A stretch of 64,000 nt of DNA from Eledone cirrhosa (GCA_964016885.1 OZ024742.1:263748001-263812000); one strand, 5' to 3'; positions 14,185-27,841 are shown, counted from the first letter of the stretch. Numbers and translations: made by a program. The notes: a model not told the origin generated them from the sequence alone.

Positions 14185-14494
14185 GAAGGTGTATGGCTTA
14201 GTGGTTAGAGCATTGGGCTTGTAATTGAGAGATTGTGAGTTCGATTCTCGGACTGGGTGATGCGTTGTGTCCTTGAGCAAGACACTTTATTTCACGTTGC
14301 TCCAGTTTACTCAGCTGTAGAAATGAGTTGCGAAATCACTAGTGCCAAGCTACATCGGTGATTGCCTTTCCCGGGAGACTGGTATGCGTGGGCGACTACT
14401 GGTCTTCCACAAAAACAAACCTTGCCCAGGCTTGTGCCTCATAGGGGAACTTTCTAGGTGCAAAACCATGGTAATTCGTGACCGAGTGGAGCCT
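14185..14494 (+). mobile_element. CORE-SINE (tRNA head + MIR-like CORE domain + tail)
   Basis: A box tggcttagtgg, B box gttcgattc; gtgtccttgagcaagacacttt...cagctgtagaaatg resembles the CORE consensus; approximate TSD ttaactca(t/c)gtca. Confidence 0.85.
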
Positions 14495-16388
14495 TTAACT
14501 CACGTCAGATTAATCCACTAATCACTTCCGTTTGCGTTATGTTGTACCGGAATTAACTCTTACTCCTGGCGTTTGAGTCATTTCAAACTTTTAGTTGTAG
14601 TATTTGACTAGTAACGGCACAGACACACCAATAATTCCATTATCCTTACCACTTTCACCATGATCTCACAATGATATTACACCGTATCCCCCCTCCCACC
14701 ACTATCAACACTATCAAAATTAATCCACCACTAGTGCCAATCTATTTCTGCTGTGTCTGAATAAAAAACGGTTGTAAAGGTTGGGGGTGAATTTGACGAT
14801 AGGTCTGCTCAATCAGTGCTGGTTTGAGGTAAAACAACATACCCCTCCCCCTCCATTTCCTGAGCATCGAACCAACGAAGCATTTAGGAAATTGCCTGAC
14901 TTGTTATTTTTAAAGAGACATGGCTGATACAACTCGAATGCCTTTGATCATAAAGCTACCCACTTAGATTTGACATGGGACTAAACAACAACGATAATAA
15001 CACAAGGAACGACCCACAACCACCACCATCATCACCAAACCTTAATAACATTATAGCTATCATGACCCTCATTATATCACTACAACCAACTTTTCCATCA
15101 CTAGTATCTTTAGCACAACAAGTATCTTCACTATCTGCCAACGTCCCTATATAATGATGCGATGTGTAGTTGCTTAACCACATGTGAGCCTTGATTAAGT
15201 AGATCTATGAACAATTACTTTCCATGAGTCTCTACCCTGTCTTCTTACAGACATATTATCGAATGTGTCTATCCTTTTTCAAGACGCTAAGGTGGGATTT
15301 AAGGAAGATTTGGCTTCTAATTCTAGTAGTGTGAATGGCTACGTAGTTTTGCTCGTAGACACGTGCTGCAGTTAGTTACAGATGTTGGTGAATACAGTGA
15401 ATCCTTCATGCTTTAGGTACTTTAGATATGTTTGTGATTGTGGAAGTACCTAAGGCTTTTAAACTTTAGATTTCTCTAACAGATGGTGTCTAATAGAAAA
15501 AAAAAAGATCACAATCATGAAAGGTGTAGATTTTTAGTTTTGTGTTCCTGTGTTGAGTACTTTTTAACGGCTTCTTGTCGAGAAATGGGAGTGTTTGTTC
15601 TGTGTTGGATTGTGGTTATGATTTAAGTTTGTTATTGTCATATGGAATATAGTGCGACCATTATCATTGTTGTTCTTGTTGATATTGTTCATTGCTCTAT
15701 ACCAAATGTTCTCAACGGGGGAGGTATGCTCCCCCCTCTCCGGGGGCGTTTCAGAGCTCCAGGGGGCGTTTGGGAGCAAGGGGGCGATAGTGGGGCGTTT
15801 GAAGCTTTGTGGGGCGCTGGAAACCCTTTAGTTTTTTAGTTTGGTAAGTTTTATAAGTCATATTTGTACGTCTCTTAGACAGCTAGTGTGAATGCATTTG
15901 AATGAAGAAAACGAAGAAAATAAATAAAAGAAGCTTGTCAACGAATTCCCTAGGGAGATAAAAAGAAAACGAAAGAAATCAGAGAAAATGAAGAAAGAAA
16001 ATGAAATCAACTTTGACAACAGTTACAAGAACAACTTCAACAGAAATGACAACAAAAAGAAGCAATGGTGACGAAAGGTGTGGGTGTATACGAACATACA
16101 CACACATGCATACATACATACATACATACATACATGCATACATAAATACACACATACATACATACACACACACACACACATATATACACACACAGGCCTG
16201 AGTTGGTGTTTAATGAGGTTGAGAACCTGGTCAGCTTTCAGCCAGAGCTGTGATATTTAATCTCCCTACGTAATAAAATCTGGAGACAGAATTTTCTCCT
16301 TACCGCCCAAAAGAACATAAATATAAATGCAAGTATATATACAAATATATAAATGCATAGCTATATACATACGTATATATGTATGTAT

Positions 16389-16996
16389 GTCAGCTCACCA
16401 GTTGGTGCTAGTGGTAACATGTATCCCAGTACAACCTGTCCCATGGTCGGATCGTTGGCGACTAAACTGGAAACCCCACCAAGGTTTCTTGGTGAGGTGG
16501 GTGACTTTGGACATCCTGCAGGACTAAAAACAAAACCCGTCAAAGGGCAAATGAGCTCTTAAGAGTCAATGGCCATCCAAAATCACCGGGAGAGATGACC
16601 CCTTAGCCTTTGTCAAGGCAGAATTCTAGGAGAAGGAAAACTCTGATATAACACCTGCAACCCTGATGGTATCCAATGATGTTGACTTGTTCTTCTTTTT
16701 GGTAAATATCATCTTGGTTAAGAGAGTGGGACTGGCTTTGTGCAGTGCCTTTGCTCACTATAAAAGCTTCACGGCACATGCATTTCTTTATATCTGGAGA
16801 TCTCTCTGCACTTGTCATCACATGGTATCATGGGCCCAGCACTATGTGTCAATAATTGTCACAAGTGTAGTGTTTGTACCAGAGTTTTCAAGTCGCTGGC
16901 TGGACTAAAAAGCCACACTCGTTCAGTGCATCGCTAAGGGTTCTCCTACATGGATATAAAGTAGTGGCCGTACTCGAAAACGAGTTGGCAGCCACC
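16389..16996 (+). mobile_element. Non-autonomous bipartite RTE-derived retroposon (~610 bp), full length
   Basis: RTE 5'-UTR motif ctaggagaaggaaaactctg joined to the ORF's last codons (CSVCTRVFKSLAGLKSHTRSVHR*), 3' hairpin, (ATGT)n tail. Confidence 0.85.
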
Positions 16997-16999
16997 ATG

Positions 17000-17046
<47 letters not shown>

Positions 17047-17276
17047 TATTTTTTTTTTTTTTTTTTTTTCAATGGCTGACAATACCTTACCGGCGCCACT
17101 CGAATAGAGACCGCTGGAGAGAACTCGTCCATGTATCTCGGGAATTTTACCCGCCTTAGATATATACTATCCACACTCTGCTCTGTATGAATATTGAGTG
17201 CTAATTTTGTAATTTTGGCATACAGCCTATGGAAGCACCATAGATACCATTATACACGCGTATATATATATATATT

Positions 17277-17714
17277 CCAAACACACCAAGATCGGACTCT
17301 TCCAAGTAACAACTCAATCAATCTTGCTATATGGAAGTGAAACATAGACGCTTTCATCCAAACAAAAAAATCACCTTGATGGCACCTACACTCGCCTGCT
17401 TCAGCGCATTCAGAACATAAGCTGGTGACATGTGAGTTTGAGAGATATATATGCCGGCCTCCCACGCATATCTGTCGTTGTATGTAAAAGGAGAATAAGA
17501 TTTGCTGGCCACTGCCATCGTGCCACCTATGAGGCTGTGTCCTCATTGGTGCTTTGGAAACCACAAGCAGTTACTAATAACAGGGGGCGCAAGCTCTCCT
17601 ATCCCGATTTCATCTCCAGAGATTCTGGTATTGGCAACAGCAATGAACGACAGACCCACGTTGAGATCAATTATTGAGTCCATTTCGGCTGAGGCCGCCG
17701 GATCATGATGATGA
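17277..17714 (+). mobile_element. RTE-clade LINE 3' fragment
   Basis: RRIRFAGHCHR..LVLWKP..RGR motif, frameshifted; (TGA)n tail. Confidence 0.85.
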
Positions 17715-18039
17715 TCTATTTTGAGGGTTTATATAGATACAAATTTTTAATAGTTTTATGCGTTATTTTAGTTAATTTTCTTTGTTACTCCCTCGTTTAG
17801 TTATTTGATGCCGAGCTTTATTTCAGCTGTAGGCAGTGTTGATTATAGTGTTTGAAGTTGTTCCAAGTTTTTACCAGGCTGGCTGTTTCTGTTGTGTAAT
17901 TGATGTTATATTTATGTTGTTTCATGGAATTATATTTTAAATGCGACTGAATTTATTTTGTTGAACTCGTGTGCTGCAGTGCTTATATTATTGATTGTAA
18001 TGTGAAATTCTACGACAAGAAAAGGGAAAATACAAAGAC

Positions 18040-19200
18040 ATGCACCACGCCAAGATGGAACGCATGCTCTTCCAGTTTCTGTGGAAGAAGCAGGCTCCGC
18101 TGGTGAGGAGAACCGTCTGCTGTCAGCACCCTTCCAACGGAGGGCTGGGAATGCCGTGGCTGATGATGCGCAAACATGCGCTGAGGCTGCGGCATCTCCA
18201 GGTATTCCTCACCGACCCCCAACCGGTGTGGGCACCGTTTGTGAGACAGGCTTTCCCGCAGCTCGTCTCGCTGACGGAGCTGCAGTCCTGGGTGAAGAAA
18301 AGACCGAAAACGATGGGCGCCTGGCACATTGAATGTTCACAGTCCTCTTGTAAGCGGGCACAGCAATCAGTGGAGACTCCACTTCAACATTCTATAGAGG
18401 GATTGTACGTTACAAGGGCGACGACGTGCTCGGAGAGACCCTGGGCGTCGAAGACGATGAGCTCACCAATCTGTTTGGTAGGACTTTCCGCCCGGGACCT
18501 ATGGACAACTTCCAGAAGTTCCTGGCCTGGTAGTGCTACCGAGGAGCTCTACCGGTTCGTGACAAGATCTACAGGCACGGACGCCCCGGCAGGGATCCTT
18601 CTAAGAGGACGTATCCAAGATGCGCGCAGGACATTGAAACCGTCCTGCACGCAATTGTACACTGCCCGGGCGTAACCGACCTGTGGAACTATGCAGAACA
18701 ACTGCTGTCGCGTATGGGACAAATCCAGTTGAGTGCCGAGTCCACAGTAAGGATCAAACCGCCAGCCTCTTTCAATAACGAAAGAGAGGCGGTTTTCCTC
18801 TGTACAGTGGCTATGGTGAAACAAGTTATATGGTGGACGAGATTGAGAGGACTGAGGACAGATGCCTTTCTCTCCGGACAACAAATGATTCCCTTCTTTA
18901 AGTATCACTTTAGAAGGAGAATCAGAGTGGAGAGAGAGGCACTGCACCCCAGTAAATTTACTGAAAGGTGGGTGAATGAAGCGAAAATGGACCGAGTGAT
19001 TGGGCCTTCTCTGTTTATAAGCCTGTAGGTTGAAGAAGAGAGCAAAAGGAAGAAAGAAGCACTTGCACAACAGGCTCCTGAAGTTGAGGGTTGTTCTATC
19101 GACGGAGTATTAAACAACCTATTTGTGGCGCTTCCCCCCTATTGGGGATTTCGATTGTTGTAATTGTTTTATATTTTTTACACTACTGTATGTAAAATCC
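18040..19200 (+). mobile_element. Tx1 LINE 3' part (ORF2 C-terminus, frameshifted, plus 3' UTR without tail)
   Basis: LFQFLWK..GGLGMP; zf-RVT remnant; VIWWTRL motif paralogous to 48-563. Confidence 0.9.
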
Positions 19201-19203
19201 CCG

Positions 19204-20957
19204 GCATGTCTTTGATTGTCCCCTTTTCTCTATGATGTATCGCATGAGGTGGAGGTTGTCGTGTATGGGCCTGGTCGGGATTGCGCATGTCTGCGCTTCT
19301 CCCACCAGGTTCTCGACGACAAGCGCCAGCCTCTTTGCCAACACTTTGGCCAAAATCTGTAACTCTGTGTTTAGCAAAGTTATGGGCCGGAAGTTGCCTA
19401 TGTCATCCCCCTTATTATCGTCCTTCCTGACTAGTGTGACTACACCCCCGGTCACAGAACTGGGAATTCTACCGTTCTGCTGCCAGTTGCAGTAGACCGC
19501 TTCCAGGAGACCGGAGAATAAGTCCGGCATTGCTACGTAAAATTCGTAGGGTAGATCGTCGAGACCTGGAGATTTGCGTTTGCCGCATTGGCTCAGCGTG
19601 TCCCCTATCTCAGCGGCTGAAATCGGCTTTTCGCAGAACTTCGCCTCGCTGTCCGAGAGTCGTGGTAGGCCGTCGAGGTATGGACCGAAATCCATAGCCC
19701 CTCCCGGCGCGCCGCCCTGCCCGAACAGTTGAGCAAAGTGTCGCTGAAAGGCCGCAGAGATCTGCTTCGGCTCACGTATCACGCGTCCGTCTTGGTCCTT
19801 CAAAGATCGAATCGTGGACTTGTTGCCACTTTTTGCCTCCGTCACTCGGGCCCAGCTAACAGCTTTGGCTCCCTCGTTTCCCAGAGCACGTATTTTGCTT
19901 CTGACAACGCAGCCCTCGTGCTTTGCGTCGAAGAACTGGTCCAAGGCCGTTCTCGTTGCTAGCTCGCTGGCTACGTTGCCACTTCTAATTGCCTCTTCTA
20001 CTTTATCTACCAGTTCCTCCTCGGTACTATTTCTATCTAACGCTAATTCTTTACTAAAAACTAACGAGTCTAATCTAACTGCCCTCTTGAGAGAGTACCA
20101 CCATCTGTTGTTGACAATGGCTCCTGTCAAGTGCTGTTTAACTAAAGTGCTAATCCGTCTACTGTAGACTTTGCATGTCGGTAACGACAAGTTCAACTTC
20201 CAGTAGCTGGGTCCTTGTCTATGGGTTCTATCAAGGTTGACCATGCAGGTCACTAGTTTCTGATCTGAATAGGCAACTATGAACATTTGTGGACAGCTTA
20301 ACATGTCCCTATCCTTATTTCTAACTAGAACTCTATCTAGGTACGATCTAGATGTTCCGCTACGATTAGTCCACGTCCACAATGGCATAGTCGGAAAATC
20401 TAGTCGATATCTATCAGCCAGGTCAAATCGGCCGATTAACTGTTTGAGGCTGTTACACCCCCCTTTATCGGGACATGCTCCCACATAGTCCCAACGTGCA
20501 TCTAGGATTCCATTCCAGTCCCCCACTAAAAGCACGAAGCGGGACGTTCCCAGAAAAGTCTCTAGACGTTTGAAGAAGTCTGGCCACGATGTCCCGGATG
20601 GGGCATATGCGGCCACCAGCTTGAAGGCTCCACCTTCACTACCGTCAACGTCTAGGACCACCAGTCGACCCTCCGGGTCCAGATGTACCATCTGTGTTAC
20701 GAGGCCCAGGTGTTTCCGCAGCCAAACGGCAACCCCCCCCCCCCCCCCCCGGGGGGGGGGGTGCCGGGGTTGACAGAGAGATGCGTAGATCTCAAAGTCA
20801 TCGAAGATGGGGGCCAGCTGTCGCTCGCTGTGGATCCTGGACTCGCAAATGGCTACTACATCTATACTGTGCGACCTGAGGCGCTTAAGAGTTTGCCCTG
20901 TTTCCAGGGCATCCCCAGGCTCCGCACATTCACATATCCAACTCTTATATTGGCCAT
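19204..20957 (-). pseudogene. Tx1 LINE ORF2 N-terminal half: APE endonuclease and start of RT, truncated
   Basis: MANIRVGYVNVRSL start (frameshift), ICE, GDWN, SYLDRV, SPGLDDLP, NFRPITLLN, QTCAIP; breaks off just after RYIIE. Confidence 0.93.
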
Positions 20958-21117
20958 GTTGGTTCTGAAAAGTTAAAAGAAGAGAAGAAAACACTCACCT
21001 CTTCGTCTCCCGGGGATCAGGCCGCACGATTTCCATGGGGGTGTTAGAGGGGTTGTGTGGGTGGGTGGTGGTCTCCGGCGGGGTGGGGACGGAGATGTTT
21101 GGTGGGGAGGGGGTGTC

Positions 21118-22400
21118 TTATGGGGTAGGGATATCTGGGGTGGGTATATCTGGGGTGAGGGTGGGGGAACTTTTTAAAAGGACGCGGTTAATGGGTTTGA
21201 CACAAGGATTACCCACGTCCTTAGGAAAGTTTTCCTTTAAAGATTTATAGGTGTTCGTAGGGACCCTAATCATCTTTAAATTAGGTTTGTCTACACAGTT
21301 CGAAAAAGTTTTCCCTTCGGTTTTCACCGAAGGGTCGTTGGAGATGACCTCCATTAAAGTTTTGTTTTTACTGTTTATGTATGTGTAATGTTCTTGTGTT
21401 GCGGTGGTTTTTGTCTGTTGTTCTTGTGGGAGCTTTCGTTTTGTTGTAGGTGTTTGTGTTTGGAGTGATGTCGTGGTTCTGTTTTCGGGACGGGGGGTTT
21501 TTGTTTGTAATGTTTGTGTTGTTTGTGTTGGTGGTTGTATGTTTGTAGTGATGTTTGTTGTTTTTTTGTTCTTGTGGTGTCTTTTCTTCTTTCTTTTCAA
21601 ACGGAGAGGCTCTCCCTCATCGTCACTTGGTGATGATAAGGGGGCCTCGTCCGTTGTGGTCTCTGTGTTATTTGGAAGGGGTATGTTTTGGGGAGCTGTT
21701 GTGTTTGTGGGTGTTTTTGCAGTGGTTTTAGGTGGAATGGGGTTGGGTGAGACTGTGCTTGCAGGTTGGTTTGTTGTTCTTGTTTTGGTTATGTTTGCGT
21801 GTTGTTGTTGTTGTTGTGGTGGTGGTGGTGGTTGTGTTGTTGTTTTGGGTGTTGGCAGTAGTGCCTCTGTTTTTTGTATTTAACTGAGGACAGTAAGCCT
21901 TCAGGTTACCACTGCTTAAACAGTGGTAACAGGAAGGCCGCCTACCCTCAACAGAAATGTTTATGTGTGAAATTCCATCCAGAGGCACACATTGTGGTAT
22001 TTTAGATACCCGTTCTGGCCTCATTTGAACCAGAACTTCCATGCTTGTACCATTGAATGTGCCTCTGGAGGACTTTCCCACCGAAATGATGGTGTCTTCG
22101 TCGAAATCGATGAAGCCAGTTAAAATCGACCGGACGTTTACATTTGTTGCAATGTTCGAAATTTTTATCTTTTGTGTCCTTTTTACCATATATGTGGGAA
22201 AAAAGGTGTAAAGGGGGGGACACAATCGGCGATACAGAATATTTTTGTGCCGTCAATTGATCTTTCAACAACACCGAAATGCTTCCAAAAAGTTTCCCTT
22301 TTTGGATGAAGGCAATATCCTTCATGGAATTCTTCAGAACCAGTTCAATGTCGTTTCGGAATAATTGAACTGGTTTTTTCGACACATTTGAAACCGTCCT
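21118..22400 (-). pseudogene. Tx1 LINE ORF1 (gag-like), frameshifted
   Basis: VEGRRPSCYHCLSSGNLKAYC zinc-knuckle variant then Thr/Lys-rich tail, directly upstream of ORF2. Confidence 0.8.
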
Positions 22401-22938
22401 AAAAAAATACTGTTTTTAGAACAATTTCTCTGCGTACCTGTTGAGGAGAAGTGATGTTGAAAGCACCACTCTCACCAAAATCAACAAAAATTAAATATAT
22501 ACATGCACGCATCCATATACGTACATACACATGCATAGGCGAAAACACCCGCCATGGGTATGCAAATACAAGCACATACACAAAAAACCCGCACGCACAT
22601 ACAGAACCGACGCAACGCCTGTACCCGCACACATACGAACGTATACACCAAATACACATACAAATATATATCTAAAAAAAATATATATGTGTGTGTGTGT
22701 GCGTGTATACATATAACTATATAAACGTATATAAATATACACACATAAATACGTATATAACGCGCGCACACACACACCTACATGTCAATACACATGTTCG
22801 CTAAACGTACGTCAACTAAAACACAAACCCTACGTAAGTACGAACCCGCATACTCACACAGACGCAAAACTCACGTATACACATAACCATATGCACATGT
22901 ACCAGTATATATAATATAATATATACGCCTATAACATA

Positions 22939-24124
22939 CTAGCATTAAAGCCCGGCGTTGCTCGGGGTCATTAAGTTACCAAAGTTAGGTTGCACCACCC
23001 ATTTTTATGGCAGCACTTTTTTGTCTGCCAGGCACTGGGTGAATGAATTGCAGACCTGGAAGCAGGAGCTGCGCCAGCAGTGACAATTGTAGTTTCGTCT
23101 ATGGATATTATCTCTGTGCAAAAAAGTGTTGAAATTTATTGTTTCACAGTACTTGCCAACACGCGCGTAGACGATGCCAGCCGAACAACAGAGCTGCGAT
23201 GGAGTTGTTCTGCATAGTTGTCTGTGTGTTTTCTAAATTTAAGACAGTAGGGAGGGTTGTGATATGAGGGAGAGTTAGCTGTTGTTTCTAGCAGGTTTAG
23301 TGACCTCATAGAGGATATGTGTTTTCTAAATTTAAGACAGTAGGGAGTGGTGTGATATGGGGGAGAGTTAGCTGCTGTTTCTAGCAGGTTTAGTAACCTC
23401 ATAGAGGATATGTGTTTTCTAAATTTAAGACAGTAGGGAGTGGTGTGATATGGGGGAGAGTTAGCTGCTGTTTCTAGCAGGTTTAGTGACCTCATAGAAG
23501 ATATGTTTTCTAAATTTAAGACAGTAGGGAGGGGTGTGGTATGGGGGAGAGTTAGCTGCTGTTTCTAGCAGGTTTAGTGACCTCATAGAGATATTATTGT
23601 TTATCATTATCTATAAAAGGCAGATTGTGTTGTTGTTGTTGAAGTGAGTGTGTGTTTGTATGCGTTTGGAAAAGAGGTTTTAAAAAAGATTTATCGCTTG
23701 TTGTTGAATAAATGTATCTGTTGCTTTTGAATAATTGTCGTTTCGTATGAAATGTAATAATTTGAAGTATAAAAAGGAAAGTAGCAAAATGTGTGGGTTG
23801 TAGATAGAGGTAGCAGATGATATGAGAGAGTAAAACGGACAGTATCACCATCAAGCTTGGAAAGAGAAAGTAGCAGAAAGTATGAAGTTGTATAGATTTT
23901 GAATGGTAGTGGAAAGAGTTTAGCAGTTTAAATGACAGAGAAAAATCGTAAAATATTGAGTTTTATCTATTTTTTGCGTAATTGTGGGTGAAATTGAAAA
24001 AATGAGATGTGCCAAGACGCAATCGAAACTATTTCGAATACTGAATTGTAAATTTCAATTAAAGAAATTCTATATCGTAGATTTCTATAAGAAAGGAGCA
24101 TGGCCACACACTGAGCTTTATAGA
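22939..24124 (-). mobile_element. Non-autonomous Helitron
   Basis: Minus strand 5' TC(tataaagctc) at 24124; 3' hairpin cccgagcaacgccggg then CTAG at 22939; A|T insertion site. The 5' end is less certain. Confidence 0.7.
23226..23592. repeat. Four-copy tandem repeat, ~93-bp unit
   Basis: ttctaaatttaagacagtaggg recurs at 23231, 23324, 23417, 23508. Confidence 0.95.
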
Positions 24125-24299
24125 TTATGATACAAGCAAATATACGTACGAGAAAGTATACGTACCTTCACAAAACATACAGGTAATATGTACTTACCTA
24201 TACAAATAAGTAATGGTATAAACATAACATATACTTAGCTACCACATCAAGACGTAAAATATCCGCGTATAGTTCGTACTATCCGTTAGGGTATAATGT

Positions 24300-24945
24300 G
24301 GGGCTGTAATACAGGAAAGATTTTTTTTTAAGATGTGGTCTTTGGCGTAGAGTATTTCCAGGGCTTCAGCGGCGCAGAGGTCACATGGTCTTTTATTTCC
24401 GTTATACGATCTAGCCCTCAGCTAGGATTTTCCAGTGTAACTTATATTGGGTGTGGTTGTCTTTTAGACTCCAGATATAAGCTGAAAGTGACGTCATATT
24501 TCTTCTTAAAGGGTTAAGAAAAGAATGGGTATGCATGTAAAGACGCTGCTTGAAACTATTGGCGGTTAACCCTTTGTAGGCCCTATGTGGGTGTTTCAAC
24601 CCTACATTTGTAGACAATGTTACTAGAGAGGCATTTCCCGGATAGGGGCAGTCAACCCGATTCCTACAATTACAGTTAGTACTAGATACAGGGTTGCACG
24701 TGTTCCTACGGCTAGGTAATTTAGCTAAATTTGAAGCTGTGATGTTATGTGCAAGGTTAGGAGTCGTAGAGTAAGAAATTTTAATGGTATTTCTATTAAA
24801 AATGTACTATATTTATGTGCTGGGTGGGGGTAGATGCTTCATAATAAGGGAGAGAAAGATCTTAGCTAATGGTGTGGCCACTTTCATATTATATGGTGGG
24901 TTATACCATATAATGCGTGGGGATCTATTTTTCCTACGGTTCTTA
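24300..24945 (-). mobile_element. Penelope-like element C-terminal fragment (GIY-YIG endonuclease), degenerate
   Basis: IIWYNPPY, NCRNRVDCP, YKGLTANSFKQRLYMH, TSLSAYIWSLK..WKIL, CDLC across frames. Confidence 0.88.
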
Positions 24946-25143
24946 TATATTTGATATATATTTATCCTTATCGAGCCCTCTTTGGATTTTAGTCTTCAAA
25001 TTTATTATTACTATAAATTTACATAATAAACAGCACAATCGTCTAGTTTCTTGAAACCTTTGGTAATGGAATAATTATATTGTGTTGTTTATTATGTAAT
25101 TAAATAGCACTCTTCTTTCCTTTACCTTTTCTACGGAAATACT

Positions 25144-25620
<477 letters not shown>

Positions 25621-26994
25621 TATGATAGAGAAATTGTGTAGTTCAAGCTGAAGCTACATTTGTCAGGCTGATGATAATATGTTTTCGAAACCACGAGATA
25701 CTCTAAAAACTGGAGGAGATATTGTACTCGTTAGACTTTATCAATCCCCTCAACCCATTGTCTATCCGGACTCGTAAATAAAAGGGTGCACTAATAATAT
25801 TTCTGCCGCAGAACCTAGAACCAAAATATAGACAATGTCACTGATATTATTTTCTGGGTACTATGCTGTTCTCCAGTAGTTCATCGTGAATATGCTTAGC
25901 ATTAGCCGAAATTTCTCTTCGCTGTTCGAAGAAGGTATTTGTCTGTGAAACCTGCATTCTCCATCAACGTTATCAAAGCTCAAAAAGCAAGCTCATTGGC
26001 AAGATTGGAGTGTATCTACTGACATTAAAATTCTTGCATGGACAGCTTTACGTGGCACTGTTAAAGGTGCGGTCAAGTTATGGCACCAGGAGACAAGAAA
26101 CATGATAGACATCGATAATATTGTGTACAAAAGGAAAAAGAGAAGAAAAAGAAAAATAGCAGCATTTGAAATTATTAAAAGATTTCAATAAAAATTATGT
26201 ATATTACGCGACCTGATTTAGTCGGTAGGATGAAACCAATGAGCCCTGTGGAGAACGACGAGGATATTATTATTTTCTATAATATGCTTTCCTTTGTGTT
26301 GTTAACTTTCCAGGGCAAGGAGTTTTCTAGGCTTCGATGACACTGATGTCCGATGAGGGTCCGGGTGGGTGATAACTCATAGGAGGTCCAATCAAGCGGA
26401 GTAAGTTCCAGAAAAAAAAGGCTAGCTCCTTGCCCTTTAGACTGGGAGTTGTGGGATGGAGCAAATTTCACCCTGTAAAATATCACTTTCTTACAGAAAC
26501 TGCGACAAAAGCAAAGCAAACTTCTATAGTTTGAAGCCCTGTGTCCTACAGAGCAAGAAGAGGATTCAATAAGTAAGTATATCACTGCTAATGTTAGCAT
26601 GACTAAATATGTAACCAGAACATTGTCGGCCCTTCTCTCACCACTCATCGTACCTTTCTCAACTAACTCATATCCACATTTGAAATGTCCAGCCTTCATT
26701 AGGATATGAAACATTAGACTTATCTCCGTATTAACAGTTATTTCAAGAGATAAACATCTATTTCATCATCAGATGCTTTGGAGAATAAGTAGAAAAAATG
26801 TGGAGGATAGAGTTTAGGGGTATATTGATAAGGGCTTCCATTAGTTGGTTAAGATAAGACAGCGATATGCGTGGGGAATTTTGCCTCTTGGTGGCGCCAC
26901 TAACTCTGGTAATTTACTGAATCTGGCACTGTGTATCTGTTGTCGCTGTTCAATTGATGTATGTGATAACATATATACATACATGTATGTATAT

Positions 26995-27841
26995 TCTTAT
27001 GGTTTTATAATTTCACAAAGTTTTACCAATAGAGAGAGAGTCGGTTTCTAACATAGACACAAAACTCTCGCATTGGGATTTACACAACATCAACTAGGTA
27101 GATTATGTATGCATGCATGTGTAGATATGGATGTTATTTTATGTGTGGATATGGATGTTTTGAGTTGTATGTGTGCATGTGTATATGCTCTGCATCTGTA
27201 CATGTGTACATTCTGTATACATATTCTGTACATGTGTATATGCTCTGCATCTGTACATTCTGCTTAAATATTCTCCTTTTCGCTAATCTTTGATATTATA
27301 TTGGCATCTGCTGGGCAGCTAATTTCCCCTACTGTGCATGCTTTCTTCTCCCTGTCCTATATCATAATATCTGGTCTGTTATGCCTGCATTTTATTGGGG
27401 TTTTACTGGAACATTCCACCAGTACTCTTTCATATGATGTCTTCCACATTGCTGTAGCTTTTAATGTGTTTATTATAGAGGCTATCTATTTTACGAACTG
27501 CATTGTACAGTCTTTTGGCCACTACATCATGCCTCATAGGTAGATAGTACCGTGATGACATCTTTGGACAGCTGTTGATGACATGGGTGATATCCTCGAT
27601 GTTAGTTCTGCAGAGTCTGCACTTGTTATCACATCTAGGTGTTTTGCCTGCATCCTTATCTCTTTTGTGAATCAGGTATTTCGTGTTAATCTCCTGTTCT
27701 TGGATTGCAAAAGCGTATCCTTCAAAGTGGGAGCCAATATAGCGGTTGTTGGTTCAAGATAGACTACTTTCCTTATCTATATTACTCTCACTCTGGAGGT
27801 TTCTGGCAACATATCCATGCATGGTTTTTTGCTGATAAGCA
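26995..27841 (-). mobile_element. R4/Dong-like LINE 3' fragment with internal deletion
   Basis: Near-identical to 54015-55312; bounded by TATG tracts. Confidence 0.9.

Noticed and set aside
15703-15830. GC-rich patch resembling a hAT/Charlie terminus
   Set aside because: No matching second terminus or TSD found
16666-16908. Recurrent 80-aa hydrophobic [14 protein letters not shown]... as a small-protein gene family
   Set aside because: Recurs only because it lies within young copies of the RTE-derived element; no evidence of coding constraint, and the ATG is lost in the 57689 copy
23226-23592. Regularly spaced repeat as a CRISPR array or repeat-protein ORF (23136-23495)
   Set aside because: Units are contiguous with no unique spacers, no cas genes, eukaryotic context; the ORF arises because 93 is a multiple of 3
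25668-25700. ctgatga...cgaaacc as a hammerhead
   Set aside because: No helix II, III or I pairing
26277-26714. 145-aa non-repetitive ORF
   Set aside because: No recognisable domain or splice support
26725-26776. Minus-strand ctgatga..gaaataactgtta hammerhead
   Set aside because: Helix I fails and the A15.1-U16.1 pair is absent; at best a heavily decayed relic, not counted
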